Shown in pieces: positions 24,846-37,153 of a DNA stretch of 64,000 nucleotides. Position numbers and translations under genes: made by a program. Each line of letters begins with the position of its first letter. Within the stretch, counting starts at the first letter, position 1. The notes beneath the pieces are model-generated. The model saw only the letters and a program-made list of their open reading frames with translations, did no database searches and was not told the origin of the DNA. The stretch is from Nageia nagi (taxonomy: Eukaryota > Plantae > Pinophyta), in assembly GCA_050084985.1 (NCBI GenBank), contig JBITNC010000002.1, positions 24,366,001 to 24,430,000 of the forward strand, written 5' to 3'.

Positions 24846-26531
24846 GAAAATTTGCAAAGTCGAAGCATTCATTGATACATGTTGATACATTGGAATACAC
24901 CACATGATTATATTAATTTAAAGATGACAATATCGGCACATGCTTATATGCCATCAATTTGGTATGAAAAAATGAAAAAGATGTACGAGTTATGCAAGTT
25001 TGTCAATGGAGACTTTGTTGAACGGTTGGGTCATTGAAGTGTTTTGGAACCCAGCAAGGTTCAAACTGCAGCAGATGCCGATGCATACTGGTGATATGGG
25101 GGTTGAGGCAATTAATCTCGTGAAATCTTTCAAATCTATTGTATCTGGAAGGGGATCCTAAGATTAAAAACCCTGTTTACTTAACACAAAAAAGTTATAC
25201 TCAAGTCCAGGAGTTGAAGTTGAATAAGAGTGAAAATATTTTTGTTTAGGTCTTAGAAAGGTTGGGGATGCGAGGAGGGTTGTGGCCTCCAATTTTGCAT
25301 TTCTTAATTATTTTTGAGCACCCCAAAATAAGAGCTGCCATTTTGAGCATCCCATAAGATATGTTAGAGATGTCAGTAGGAGTCTCTGGGCAACTCATGC
25401 ATGTTTCTCTGTTTGTAAGATGTGTAAGAGAGGGAGAGACAACTTCTTGCTACAATGTTTTCCATGTATACTGTCAGGACTTGGCATATTCTTATGTGAT
25501 TAATTCATTGTAGGTGACTTCAAAAAAACAGGCTTGTTTTCCTTCATAATTATTCTGATCATCCTGAGCTTCACATTTTTTGTTCATCCAGATTACTTTA
25601 GCCATGAATTCTGGATGACAATATTCATTGAATGATGCATGCCAAATCATCGTTGGCTGTCTGGTATTAACTGAATGTGGCCTAAATGATATTCATAACT
25701 ACAATCTATGGTTGTGCACCAACTGCAACAGAGTGAATGTAAAATATATTTTTTCTTTTAAAGGATATATACAAGTATATATTATATGCAAGCATATATA
25801 AAAATATATACATATATTTTCCTGGGGTATGTCTCCATTTTGGAAAATGAGACTGCCTCAAAATTTGGTGAATATTGGTTGACATCAGAAGTTTCTTGTA
25901 ATTTTTATTATTTTCTCTTCTTTCATTTTTCTGCCATGATATATAAAGTACAATGTGTTTCACACACTTGTAGCTATAAATAAAAATCAGTAGATCCTTT
26001 TCAAGCAATAGACTTATGGAACCTTATGCATGTTCTTGTTTCTATTTAAAGTTAAAGATCTTCAATGCTGGCAAATGATAAATACAATCCTTTTTGATCA
26101 TTTTGATGCAAATTCACTAATCTGTTGCATAAACTTACCATACATAATAGGGGAGATTGTATTCAATCTATTTGGAGTGAATCTCCATCATTTGTGCTAT
26201 ATTTGTTTTTGTATTTTGTAATATTCATCTGCTTCTATTGGAGTCCAGACCCATAAGTAATTTTTATAATTACAGAAACAAGGGTGACTGGCTGATCCAT
26301 ATAGACATCAACCTCAACATCAAACCATACATATGCATAAATTCTATAGCCTGCACAAGAAGAAACCTTTTGTTACAATCAACTAATGCTTTCATGCCGT
26401 AAGTTCTCCCTAATGATTTTGGCTAGATTTTCTTCCCTTATGTCCATGCATTGCTAGATCCTTTCAAGATGAGCATCCTTCGGCTGGCCAACAAGTCTGC
26501 TTGATTATTGACATCCTTTCTCACATGTCTA

Positions 26532-28105
26532 TGTAATGAGCCAAACTATAAAAACCAGAAATTATACAAGTAAAAACCATATTTAATTCAAATTTATGCC
26601 CTAGTTTCAGATCTGAAATTATGACTGAAAATTACATCAGAAAATTGTATAAATTTGTAGATCAGCCACAACAACTCCAATATTTTATTAAAAATTGGCA
26701 GTAAATTTCAGATCCCTTGAACTACATGAAAACTTCTCAAAAATGCAAAAAACAAAGTGCCTAGGGCTGGATGCCCGGTTGTAGAGGCCAGATCTGATCT
26801 GTATGTGCACAAAAACGGTCTCCAAAAATGGGAGACTGGTCTTTGGCAGGCCTGAATGGAATCTGAACTGAAATTCTCCCTCCAAGGCTGGGTGTTGGCT
26901 CTAGGAAGCCAGAAATACAATTCCGAATGCTCAATCTCACCTTTAAGGATGAGTGCTCCACCTTGGGGCAGGGAACTCCTCAGACCTGATACAGAAATGT
27001 GCCAGAAACTTTCAACCTCCAAATCTGAATGCAGAAATATTTGCTATCTCAATTGTGAACCCTGGTTGGATCCACCATAGAAAACTCAAGGGTTCCACTC
27101 CTGTAGGGTTTCGTCCACAGAAGGATGGGCAACAACTGTCTCAGCCGTTTACCCCAGAATACAATGTCAATTGTCATCAGAAACTGTCTTCAAGTGTTGC
27201 ACACCTTGCCTTTATAGGCAAGCGTCCCTCCTTAGGCTTGAAACCTTCTTCACAAGATCCAATGTTGCCTCTTGAGGGTGTGGATCTGACCTTGGGATCT
27301 CCACAATCAAGCCAGAATCAGTTACTATTGTCAACAACACACCTAGGCATGAGCGCAGTTCCTTGAGAGGCCTAATTTGACCCCAAGATCCCAATGTCCC
27401 ACTTAGGGATGCTCAATTTCCTTTAGGATCTCCAAAATCATGCCATTTTGCCACTACAAAGCCAAAGACATTACATAATGCCTTATTCTTTATTATAGAA
27501 CATTCCTAAAAACATAACTAACTCCCCTAGCACACTTATTAGTTATTTACAATAAAATATGCCAAAACACATCTTAACTAACCCAAAAGTGTGGACGTCC
27601 CTCTCCAAGAGGCATATTTACAATGCTGGGCATCAAATGGGAACATTACAAGGGATCCAGAATGCAGAAATGTGAATGAAACTCATAATGAGACGCCCAG
27701 CCTTAGGAGATATTTTTGAGCATTCAACATCCAGATCTGAGCTTCCAGGTGGGACATCCAATCCTAGAGAGGTGAGCATCCAGGTATCAGTGTTTGACCT
27801 TCCTTGAGGGATGTCCAGCTTCTAGGGCATCATTTTGTACACCAAATACCAGATATGACCTCCATAGCCAGATGTCCAGCTCTTTTGGACTATTATTTGG
27901 TGATTTGAGTATATTGTTAGTGAATCTGAGATGGTACTTGGCATTTTCAATTCAATAAATCTGGTGTTGGAGTTGATCTGCAATTTCCTTGATTTTTCTG
28001 CAATTATTTCCAATTATTATTTCAAATCTGAGATCTAGGGCACAATTTTGAGTGGATCTGGTTATTTTGAATTATTTCTGGGTTTTCCTAGTTTGGATCA
28101 TTACA
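26532..28105. mobile_element. Non-coding TG...CA element with ~180-bp imperfect terminal inverted repeats and 5-bp TSD
   Basis: TSD GTCTA at 26527-26531 and 28106-28110. Left end TGTAATGAGCCAAACTA, right end TAGTTTGGATCATTACA. Inverted similarity continues ~180 bp inward. Confidence 0.88.
27054..27650 (-). repeat. LTR-like segment inside the TIR element
   Basis: Minus strand reads TGTAATGTTCCC...GGGTTCACA, with TATA-like CCTATAAAGG at ~27209-27218. No TSD. Confidence 0.5.
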
Positions 28106-29954
28106 GTCTACCTTATTTAAGCTCCTATCTAACCTAGAACGTCATGGCCTCCATTTTCTGGATATCTATGAGTTCCTAGTTAGATGATTGAAGTCCTTTA
28201 AGCATTGATACCATTATTTGAGAATCCCCCTCTATGTACACCTCCTTCCAAATAAGCTGCCAAATTAGATGAATAGCCTCTAAGCTTGCCAAAGCTGTTG
28301 CTTTACTATTAGTTACCTTTCCACATCCTTTGCAAAATGCTATGATGCCTTAACTTCTATGATCAGTGACTTTGCTTTTACTGTATTTACTTTTGAAGCT
28401 CCATCAAAAGTGTTTTGGTATTCCATTCCTCTGTTTTTTTCCCATTTATCCTTCTTAGTCTTGACCTGCGCTGCACCCTTCTTAGCAAGGGAGATTAAAT
28501 TCCATCAAGAGAGGATTTCCATATCTGGATGTGGATCCTCATTGGCCCAGGTTTGCAGACCTTCACAAATGGTCATCTCAACTTTGCCAGTAATTTACCA
28601 AAACTCAAGGTTCTTGCCTTTGAAGATTGTGCGATTTCTCTCTAGCTATGTATTCCAGCTAATTACCCCTGGTCCAAGTCTCCAAATCAGTGGACAATAA
28701 AAGATTTGGAAGGATAAGTCCAGCCTTTTAAAAATACCTCCAAATTCTTTGTTATGCACTGCTTAGCTCCCATCCTTCTAAGAAACCAATTCCAGATCAT
28801 TCTAAGGCAATGGAGAATCAAATAGAAAATTGTTTCCTCACTGTTTCGGTTAAGTTAACATATTGATGCTACCCTCCATCTCTTTGTTTTTCTATTACAA
28901 TCTGTCATGATCTTATTCTTCACAGCTGCCCACAACCAAGCATTGGTCTTGGGGAGCCCCCCTTTAATCCAAAATTTTTCATCTGGATAGTCTATATTGT
29001 GAATAGCAGTATTATGGATCAATAAATAGCCCTCATTCAGTGTTGTACTCTCCTGTCTTACTTTTGATCCATACTAATCTGTCATCATTATAGTCACCTG
29101 TCCTTGGATTCCATTTATTGTTGCAAATTATCTTTGGATTGTCTAACTGTAATATTTTCTGAGAGTATATTTGTAAGGACCAAGGAGTCCCATGTATCAT
29201 CCCAAAAGAAAAAAAAAATTGATTTCTTTGTTCTCTGCCCATCTCATATATCCCTTAATCAGAAAACTGCATCCTACTATGTAACTCCATATAGAACATC
29301 CTTTGTGGGGATTGCAGATCTTAAGCACACTATCTTTTTGAGCTACTCCCAGATATTTGCTAAAGGTATCTTACTCCACAACCTATCGTTTTTCTTTTCT
29401 TCATAAAGTCTCCAAAACAGTTTCTCACAAACGCTGATGCTCATCTGCAAGAGCTTCTTGAAACCTGGCCCTTCTCCATCCCTGCTGATAGCCTGATACA
29501 AACTTTGACCCAACTCATCAAGTGGACCTTCCTTTTATCACCGCTGCCTCCCCAGAGGAATCTTTTCTGAATTTGATCAATCACGTGGAGCACCTCTACC
29601 GCAATATGTAAAAGAGATTAAAAATATAGCTTGAAGTACTGATTTTAGGAGTTGGATTCTTCCTCCTAAATCTGTGCTATATTTGTGAGCCAGATAATGT
29701 TGCACCATTTATATGTGCATATTTATCCAAATTTGGTTTTCTGCTGATTTCAGATGTATATGTTTCTATGTCAGATGACGTTTTTTCTTAATTTATATGG
29801 TGTAATGGTTTTCTAAAAGGATATGTTCATGCTTGTCGATCAGTGTAAGCTTTTTGCTCATCTTATATGCTTGTGTTTAGGCTTTTCTGTTTCAATCTCG
29901 TATAGGTGAAAGGTTTTCATGAATGTTACTCATCTTCCTCTAAATAATTTTCAG

Positions 29955-30140
29955 ATTTTTAGGCAGTTTGTGATGACCTACAGAGGTGAACTCCCAATGG
30001 ATCCATTTGTAGAAATGCGACATGCTCTAGAAGGGCAAGGTATCCCGTTGTCCAAAGTGGATAAGGTTATAAGAGGAGCCCTTGGCTGGTCTAGATATAA
30101 TCTCTACCGTGATTGGAAGAAATGGTCTACCGCAAATTAA
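29955..30140 (+). CDS. PRIN2: PRIN2-like plastid protein, exon 3 (IFRQF...PFVEM...RGALGWSRYNLYRDWKKWSTAN*)
   Basis: TTTCAG acceptor, phase 0. Resembles the recalled PRIN2 C-terminus IFETF...PFIDM...RAAIKWAQDHVDKDWKEWT. Spliced product is 175 aa. Confidence 0.85.
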   Translation: MFRQFVMTYRGELPMDPFVEMRHALEGQGIPLSKVDKVIRGALGWSRYNLYRDWKKWSTAN

Positions 30141-30851
30141 TTTGCAAAGCAAGGTTTTCTTCTTTACCCCAATTTAGTATGAGTCTTTCTTCTGATGGCA
30201 AAGATGTTGGCTACACTGCTACTTGATCATTAGGCAACTGAATGTCGTCTATTGGAGACAAGGCTTCCTGTCTGTTGTAATAAAGAACCTTGATTCATTC
30301 CTTTTCTTTTTCTTGTGTACTGTTTGCAACTCAAAAATTTGTTTATTACTGAAGTGATCATAACTAAATTTTAAACTATTCTTTCTTTAAAATGCTTTTT
30401 ATAGATGCTATATGCTTGGCATCATTTTGCATTAGGAAGATATCTTTTTAGGCTTGTGTAATGAGGGGATTTAAACATGGATTGCCTTCTTACAGATGCA
30501 CCCTATTTCCCAGATGCAGTCTATTTTGGTACTTCACAGGTCCATGGACATTTGAATCAAATTTGTTCTTATGTAAATTTATACTATATAGAGAATATCG
30601 TGAATGCCATTTAATCCTTGTTGAAGTCTTTTGCTTGTATACATCATCAGGGAGCGACTGAAACGATACCAGTGGAAAAGGAAAGGTAAATCTTAATAGA
30701 TATGGATATTTCTGTTCATTTTCTCATCTTTTCCAACATTAATAGCGGGTTATGATACATTAATGTATATACTATAAGCTGCAACCATAGTATGTAAGTA
30801 TGGCATTCCACCTTTATTACAATTATAGTCAACTTTTCCTTTTTTGTCAGC

Positions 30852-30913
30852 TACAACTCATTCATCATTCTAAGCACTTGATTACAACTCATTCATCATT
30901 CTAAGCACTTGAT
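30852..30913. repeat. Perfect 31-bp tandem duplication
   Basis: TACAACTCATTCATCATTCTAAGCACTTGAT x2. Confidence 0.95.
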
Positions 30914-31812
30914 TATCATAGACCCTTCCATAATCTCTTGGGTGCATACCCATTTAACTCCATGTTTACAAGGAATGGCATCTTAGACTCTTCATCTTCC
31001 TTTAACCATCAATTTTAACTATCTTATGTCATCACAATAATGTTCAAATTTTCTTCTTCTCATAGCATTTAATTTCATCAATTTCGATATCCTCTTTCTT
31101 GTATTGTATCAATTGAAATGCTCTTATCAATGTTAATGTTCTTGTTCTTGTAAGACTTAATCTCACAAGCATCCTTGTTCTTCTACTGTTTTAGTGTTGA
31201 CATTCTCATCATTTTCAACATTACCATTGATGTCTCATCATCAACATTCTTGTTATCATTAGGCATTAGCTCTAATGCTCTTGTAATCGTCAACCTTCTT
31301 GTTATAATTGATGTCAATCTTAATGTTCTTGTGGCCATCTACATTCTTATTCGTATCAACACCAACCTCTATTTTCTCATCATATTCGATATCTCATTCT
31401 TGTTGAGCATCAATCTCGACATTCTCAACATCATCAACAAGTTTGCTTTCATTAGATATCAACCTTGATGTTCTCATCATTCAAGAATATTAGTGTTCTC
31501 ATTCTTATCATCATTGATTTTTCCATCCTTGTAAGTTGTTATTTCATCTGATTTCATTAGCATCAAATGCCATTCTTGTTTTTTGTTCATCATTTTTGTT
31601 AGATCTAACTATTTTGTTCTTGTCATTACAACAAGTACGCATTATTATTTGTCATTCTTGTCATATCCAAACATCTCGTTCTTGTGTACCATTCTTGTTA
31701 GATCTTAGGATCTCATTCTTGTTAGATTGATTAATATTGTTCTCATTTATTATCATCGTGTCCATGGATATCATCCTAGAGTATTGATTTTTGTCTCATG
31801 TTTATGACAAGC

Positions 31813-31909
31813 CTTGACTTCCTACTCATTGCTAGTATCTCCTTGACTTCTTGCTTAATTCTAGTATCTCCTTGACATCTTACTTATTGCTATTATCTCC
31901 CTGACATCT
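31813..31909. repeat. 29-bp tandem repeat (~3.3 copies) following a low-complexity T/C-rich degenerate tract
   Basis: CTTGACWTC...TGCTAGTATCTC units. Confidence 0.85.
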
Positions 31910-33644
31910 AACTCTTATCTATGGTGACTTTTTACTCTTGTTGTGGTGACTCATGACTTCAATCTTTAATATACTTAATCGTAATGAATATGGCACATGA
32001 TACAACTATGGTCTCCCCATGTATTTAAAAAACTTAAAAATATATTCAAGTGATGTAGGATCACTTGAACTTGAGAGAAATTCCTAACTCAAACACCCAT
32101 GATGGGGCCAACCCATGGAATGGGTTAATCCATGCACCAATTTAACTTTTAAATTGCAATTATAATGAAGTGCAAAAAGTCTACTCATGTTGAAGCTTAC
32201 CACACTCCATTTTCTCCCTTTGGTTCTTTTTTTATGAAGTCAATTAAATGCATATGAGACCCCTTGGCCATTTCCATAGATAACATAATAGACATGGAAA
32301 TAGGAATACCATTAATCAATATAAAAATAAGATTTGTGATTTCAACCTTGTATATCCTTTATTGAATGGGATACATGACTATGATTCATACAACCTTTCT
32401 AAAGGAGGTATAGCAAATACAAAAATTCCCAATTGTAGTAAAACCTTGCAACATAGAGTGAAGGGTTGTGTTAAACTAAATGAGAAAAAAAATACTCCCT
32501 CAACGAAGTGGATCCATTTTGTCTTTGAATTTAATTATAATTTTTACATTCTATCCACTATACAATTAATTAAAATGATAGCCCAAAAATACATAATCAC
32601 TTCTAAACAAACTTTTGTATGATCATTCTAATCCATGATACTACATTTCAATGAGGCATTTTGTTAAACAATTCACATGCCTTTTTAATATATACATTTT
32701 GTATATATCTCTTGATTATTGTAGTCTGTGAAACTATATCTGTAACATGCGTCTAATCAAATAATTTGTGTTTCTTCTCTTTGCTTCCACAATTTGTATA
32801 TATATCTACCAGGGTATTCACAATTGCAACATATGACAAAAATCCAATTTCAAAGAGTCTTTGATGTATATATAAACTTTGTTGTAAATCCCCTTTTTTG
32901 GTGCATGCTTTTTGGACATTGGGAATGGTGAATTGATCTGGTTTGACTATTATTTCTATTTGTTATATTTGGTGAAACAATGTCAATACCTATCAGGGAA
33001 AGGCATATATTTTGTAATATGAAATTATCATATTACATAAGAATATATCTCATTCATTCATACAATAGAAAACTTCATGGGGATCTTCCAAACATTGACA
33101 ATTGACATACATATAGATAAGTCTATCTTGCATAAACTTGTACGTAGATGGTTCAAATTTATGTCCAATGTAATTGATGAGCGAATGATGGATATTTTCC
33201 TTTAGAAGGAAATTATTGGAGATGCATATCTATAGGATTTGAATATAAATTGAAGAATGTAAAGAGTAGTATGTATTTGTATTTGTAGTAAGTAAAATAT
33301 GTATTGTGTGCTTCAATTGCTCATCACAACAAAGTTATGTTAGAGTGATATTCATATCAATGTGGAGATGATGATTTTGGTGGGTAGGTGATGAGATTGT
33401 ATGATTATGAAAATATGATCAACAAAAGACCATCACATTTAAAAGAGGAGGAGGTGGAAGTGGTCTTATGGCCATCTATTTCTATTTCTACCTTTATTAA
33501 TATAGGATTTCAACTATAGAGTGTGAAGAGGATGTCTTTCATGAAATGAACGAAGTGAGGATTTTGGGATAAGTTTTAATGATGATGGTGATAGTGATGG
33601 AGGTAGTAGCATAGCCTGCATGACCAAGAAGGTTGAATAATACA

Positions 33645-34835
33645 TATATAATGATTCATCCTATGAATAATGTAATAAAATTCAATCATGCTGTTAAAAT
33701 GTTTACAAACCTCGTCTACTATGCCTACATGCAAGTAGTACACATAAAAAGGCTACACTTTTTGGGTTGGATCCCAAGTACTTCATCAAATCAAAGAGTT
33801 GAAGGGAATCCTTCTTGTAGCCATGCATTGCATATCCTCCAATCATTACATTACATGAAACTATGTTTGCATCTTGCATTTTGTCAAATAATTATTGGGC
33901 CTTGTGTATTCTTCTACATTTTGCATACATGTCTGTAAGGGAAATCACAACCTTGATGAAAAACCATTTTCTATACCTTCTTCTAGATCTTCCATGGTGG
34001 CACATTTTGGAAAAATACTAGCAAAGGTTGCAACGTATAGCTTTATGCCTGAGAATTATATCTACTTAAAAGTCTTTAGAGACATTTCATAAAACCCATT
34101 TTGTGCATATTATATTATCATTATAGTCTATGAGATTGCATTTTTGTGAGAAATTTTATCAAATAATTCATAATACCTTTTAATGTATCCATTTTATGCA
34201 TATCCTATGATCTTTACAGTCTATGAAACTATGTTTGCATCATGCATCTTGTCAAATAATTTCTAAGCCTTGTGTATTATTCCATATTTTACATACATGT
34301 CTATTAGGGAGCTTGCAACCATAAGATTTAATGAAAAACCATTTTCAATAAGGATGTCCATACCTTCTTTTAGATCTCCCATGATGACACATGTTGAAAG
34401 AATAACTGACAAAGCTTCCAAAGTATGGCTTTACTTATGAGAATTGCATCTTCTTAAATAATTCTAGAGCCTTTTGAAAAAACCCATTTTTTTGCATATC
34501 CTATGATTATTTCACTCCATGAAACTATATTTGCATCATACACCTAGTCAAAAAATTCTAGGGCCTTGTCTTTTGTGCCATGTCTTGCATACACTTCTAT
34601 GAAGGTACTCATAACTAAAATATTTGATTGAAAATCAATTTCAACTACTCTTTGATGGATGCTAATACTTTCATCTAGAGCTCCCATGGTGGCATATGCT
34701 ATAAAAATACAAACAAAGGTTGCAAAGTTTTGCTTTACACCTAATAGTTGCATCTACTTAAAAGTCTTTAGAGTTGTTTTAGAAAACCCATTTAGGGCAT
34801 ATCCAATGATCATTGCAATGCATGAAATTATGTCT
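33645..34835 (-). pseudogene. PLS-class pentatricopeptide repeat (PPR) gene fragment
   Basis: ORF 34544-34753 (GVKQNFATFVCI...GALDESISIHQRVV...STFIEVYARHG...ALEFFD). IVSCNVMIGGYAMHG at ~33825-33870. L2-like AFLCVLLAC at ~33740. Many stops and frameshifts. Confidence 0.9.
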
Positions 34836-34889
34836 ACGAGGGAAATTGATGAGAGGGTGGGAAACAAAATTCTTGTTTTAAGATAATTT

Positions 34890-35044
34890 TTTTAACAATA
34901 GTTTTAAATCATCATTTTAGGATTTTAAAGGGTAGTTTTTAATTATCATATACCACTATCTTAATGGTTTTTAAAGGTGATTTCTAGTCATTGTAAAAGA
35001 ATGCCTTAAAATAGCCTCCCTTGATACCCAATTTTAGTGTAGTG
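34890..35044. mobile_element. CACTA-type transposon terminus
   Basis: Ends TTTTAGTGTAGTG (reverse complement CACTACACTAAAA), preceded by degenerate subterminal GGTTTTT-type repeats. Confidence 0.6.
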
Positions 35045-35164
35045 CTACATCATTTTAGTTTCCAAGAATAATCCAAATAAAATGTAAATGATTTTAAAAT
35101 ATAAACGAATTCAGTTATAAGTAAAATCTTATTAACTTGTACGCTATGTATTATTGATCTTTAA

Positions 35165-35640
35165 TAAATTGAAATGCAATGATCTCATGATATGCACAAA
35201 ACATATATGGTTAAACAAAATATGTAGAGAGATACCATCTCATGGACTACAATGATTATAGGGTATTCTTAGATTGGGCTTCTTAAGGAAGATGGACATA
35301 TTTTTAGGGAAATGCAATAGAGAGATAAAATCTCATGAAAATGGAAATTAGAAGTGATGTTCTACCCAACTGAATATCATTGGAAGAAGGTATTGAGATC
35401 CATCAAAAAAATAATAAAAAGTGGTTTTCATTCTAATATTATTGTGATGAATGCTATATAGACATGTATGATAAGCTTGGCAATATACAAAAGGCTTGTG
35501 TACTATTTGACAAAATGCAATGGAGAGACACAATCTCATGGAATGTAATGATCACAAGATATGCATAGAATTGGCTTCATGAGAAGCCTCTAGAGGTTTT
35601 TGAAGGAATGCAATAAAGTGGTATTCCATGTAATGAATTC
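35165..35640 (+). pseudogene. PLS-class PPR gene fragment
   Basis: RDTISWTTMIIGY (~35227); FHSNIIVMNA/IDMYDKLGNIQKACVLFDKMQWRDTISWNVMITRYA (~35425-35565). Confidence 0.88.
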
Positions 35641-35654
35641 ATCTTTTTTTTTTT

Positions 35655-35819
35655 TTATAGTAAAATCCATCATCTTTCATCATTTAATATATCCTGTGAG
35701 GGTGGTTTTTAAATCTCTTGTAAAATCCATCATCTACCATCTCTATTAAGGAGGTTATGAACCATTGTAAAATTATCATGGTAAAAAAGTTATCCTTGAA
35801 GCCTGATTTTAGTGTAATA
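35655..35819. mobile_element. Second, more decayed CACTA-type terminus
   Basis: Ends ATTTTAGTGTAATA; similar to 34890-35044. Confidence 0.45.
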
Positions 35820-35853
35820 TTATTTCATTAAAATATATTCAGAGGAAGGCATC

Positions 35854-36371
35854 TACGAACACCTAAGTTTGATTTTTATTTATTTAAAAATCATATTTGG
35901 GTATCTAAGTAAATTAATTGATTTATTGCCATATTTGAGGATTATTTTATGAATTAAGAGCATTTCATTCATTTCTATTTTTTTGATGATAGGACTAAGG
36001 AGTGCTAGCTAAGGTTTTTTGATTGACGGTGGAACTTCATCTATAAATGGAGAAAGGATGTGATAGGGTAGCTATAACATATTATTGATTGATGTTCTTC
36101 AACACCAACTATCAAGGCTAAAGTTGTGCTTTCATTGCTTATTGCATTATTTTATTTTGAGATACTATAATTTAGATGTGACATCTTAGCAAGAGATCTT
36201 GATGACAAACTTGAATTTGGAGGAAGCATTAAGGGAACAATGTACGACAACACACTCCATCCATGAGAAAAGGAGGTCTAAATTTTAAAAACAATCATCT
36301 TAATCTTATGAGAACCAGATTTGAGCTACAATCTATTTGAACAAGTAAGAGAAACAAATGGTTATGGTACA
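35854..36371 (+). mobile_element. Decayed solo LTR (CACCTAA head family)
   Basis: ACACCTAAGTTTGATT...AATCATATTTGGGT head hairpin, CTATAAAT at 36041, ends GGTACA. TSD not clean. Confidence 0.5.
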
Positions 36372-36501
36372 TTATCTATTAAATTGATTAAATAAAATCA
36401 ATAGATTCATTTAATTTTACTTGATTAATACTACTAATTAAGTAAAATGAAATTTTAATATTAAAAGTATAAATATACAAAATTTACTAAGTTATTACTT
36501 C

Positions 36502-36608
36502 TTCATTAACACAATTTAATTATGCTATATTTTAACTAGTTTACATCTTTTATATATGTATAGTATATACTAGTTAAATTGTATCATTATCAAAGTGTGT
36601 TAATGAAG
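36502..36608. repeat. AT-rich imperfect inverted repeat (MITE/foldback-like)
   Basis: CTTCATTAACACA...TTTAACTAGT pairs with ACTAGTTAAA...TGTGTTAATGAAG. Confidence 0.75.
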
Positions 36609-36956
36609 TTGTAAGAATTTAGGGGAGAGGATTCAACGAGTTCCAATAGTTGTGAATTGAAACATACCTAAAATCTTATCAAGTTGATGGTAGGTGCGGA
36701 TGAGGCGGGAATCGTGTCCCTGATGGATTTTGACGGTGTGGATGCCCCTCAATCAAAAAATTATCATGTATTTGTTTATCCATAGAACAAATTTAGTCCA
36801 TTAATTGAGCATCAAATTATCAACTATAAAAATTCATTAGTTATTCATCTTTAAATATATCATTGATACGGGAGAGCATCCAATAATCATACATCTTAAT
36901 TTTACATCTTTTAAAAGTTATTTAATAAATTCGAATCATTCTAAATTTTTTATTGC

Positions 36957-37153
36957 TTCTTCTTTACCTAATTGTTTACTTATAACTAAAGTTTGAATCG
37001 TCACCATCAAATTTAATAGTTAATTATTAACTCTCAATTACTAATGTAAATGTAATTAAAGACGAAGGATTGTAATTCATTATAAGTAATTAATTTATCA
37101 AATTTGATGATAATAACTTTTAGTTAACTAAGAAGACAACTAAATCAAGAAGA
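36957..37153. repeat. AT-rich imperfect inverted repeat (MITE/foldback-like)
   Basis: TTCTTCTT...TAACTAAA...CATCAAATTT pairs with AAATTTGATG...TTTAGTTA...AAGAAGAA. Confidence 0.65.

Larger units (their letters stand above)
26200..29650 (-). mobile_element. 5'-truncated L1-type LINE (ORF2 3' part with RNase H) in intron 2, antisense to the gene
   Basis: Minus-strand remnants FLW and WVKVC (~29500-29565), RNase H DGASK (~28400), EGDSQI (~28225) and NNQADLLA (~26495). The frame is split by the 26532-28105 insertion. Confidence 0.8.

Noticed and set aside
25035-25053. TGAAGTGTTTTGGAACCC, similar to miR395
   Set aside because: Several differences from the mature sequence and no complementary star arm nearby.
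26688-27394. Cluster of overlapping 60-137 aa ORFs
   Set aside because: Expected by chance in the more GC-rich TIR/LTR element; no transposase or integrase motifs.
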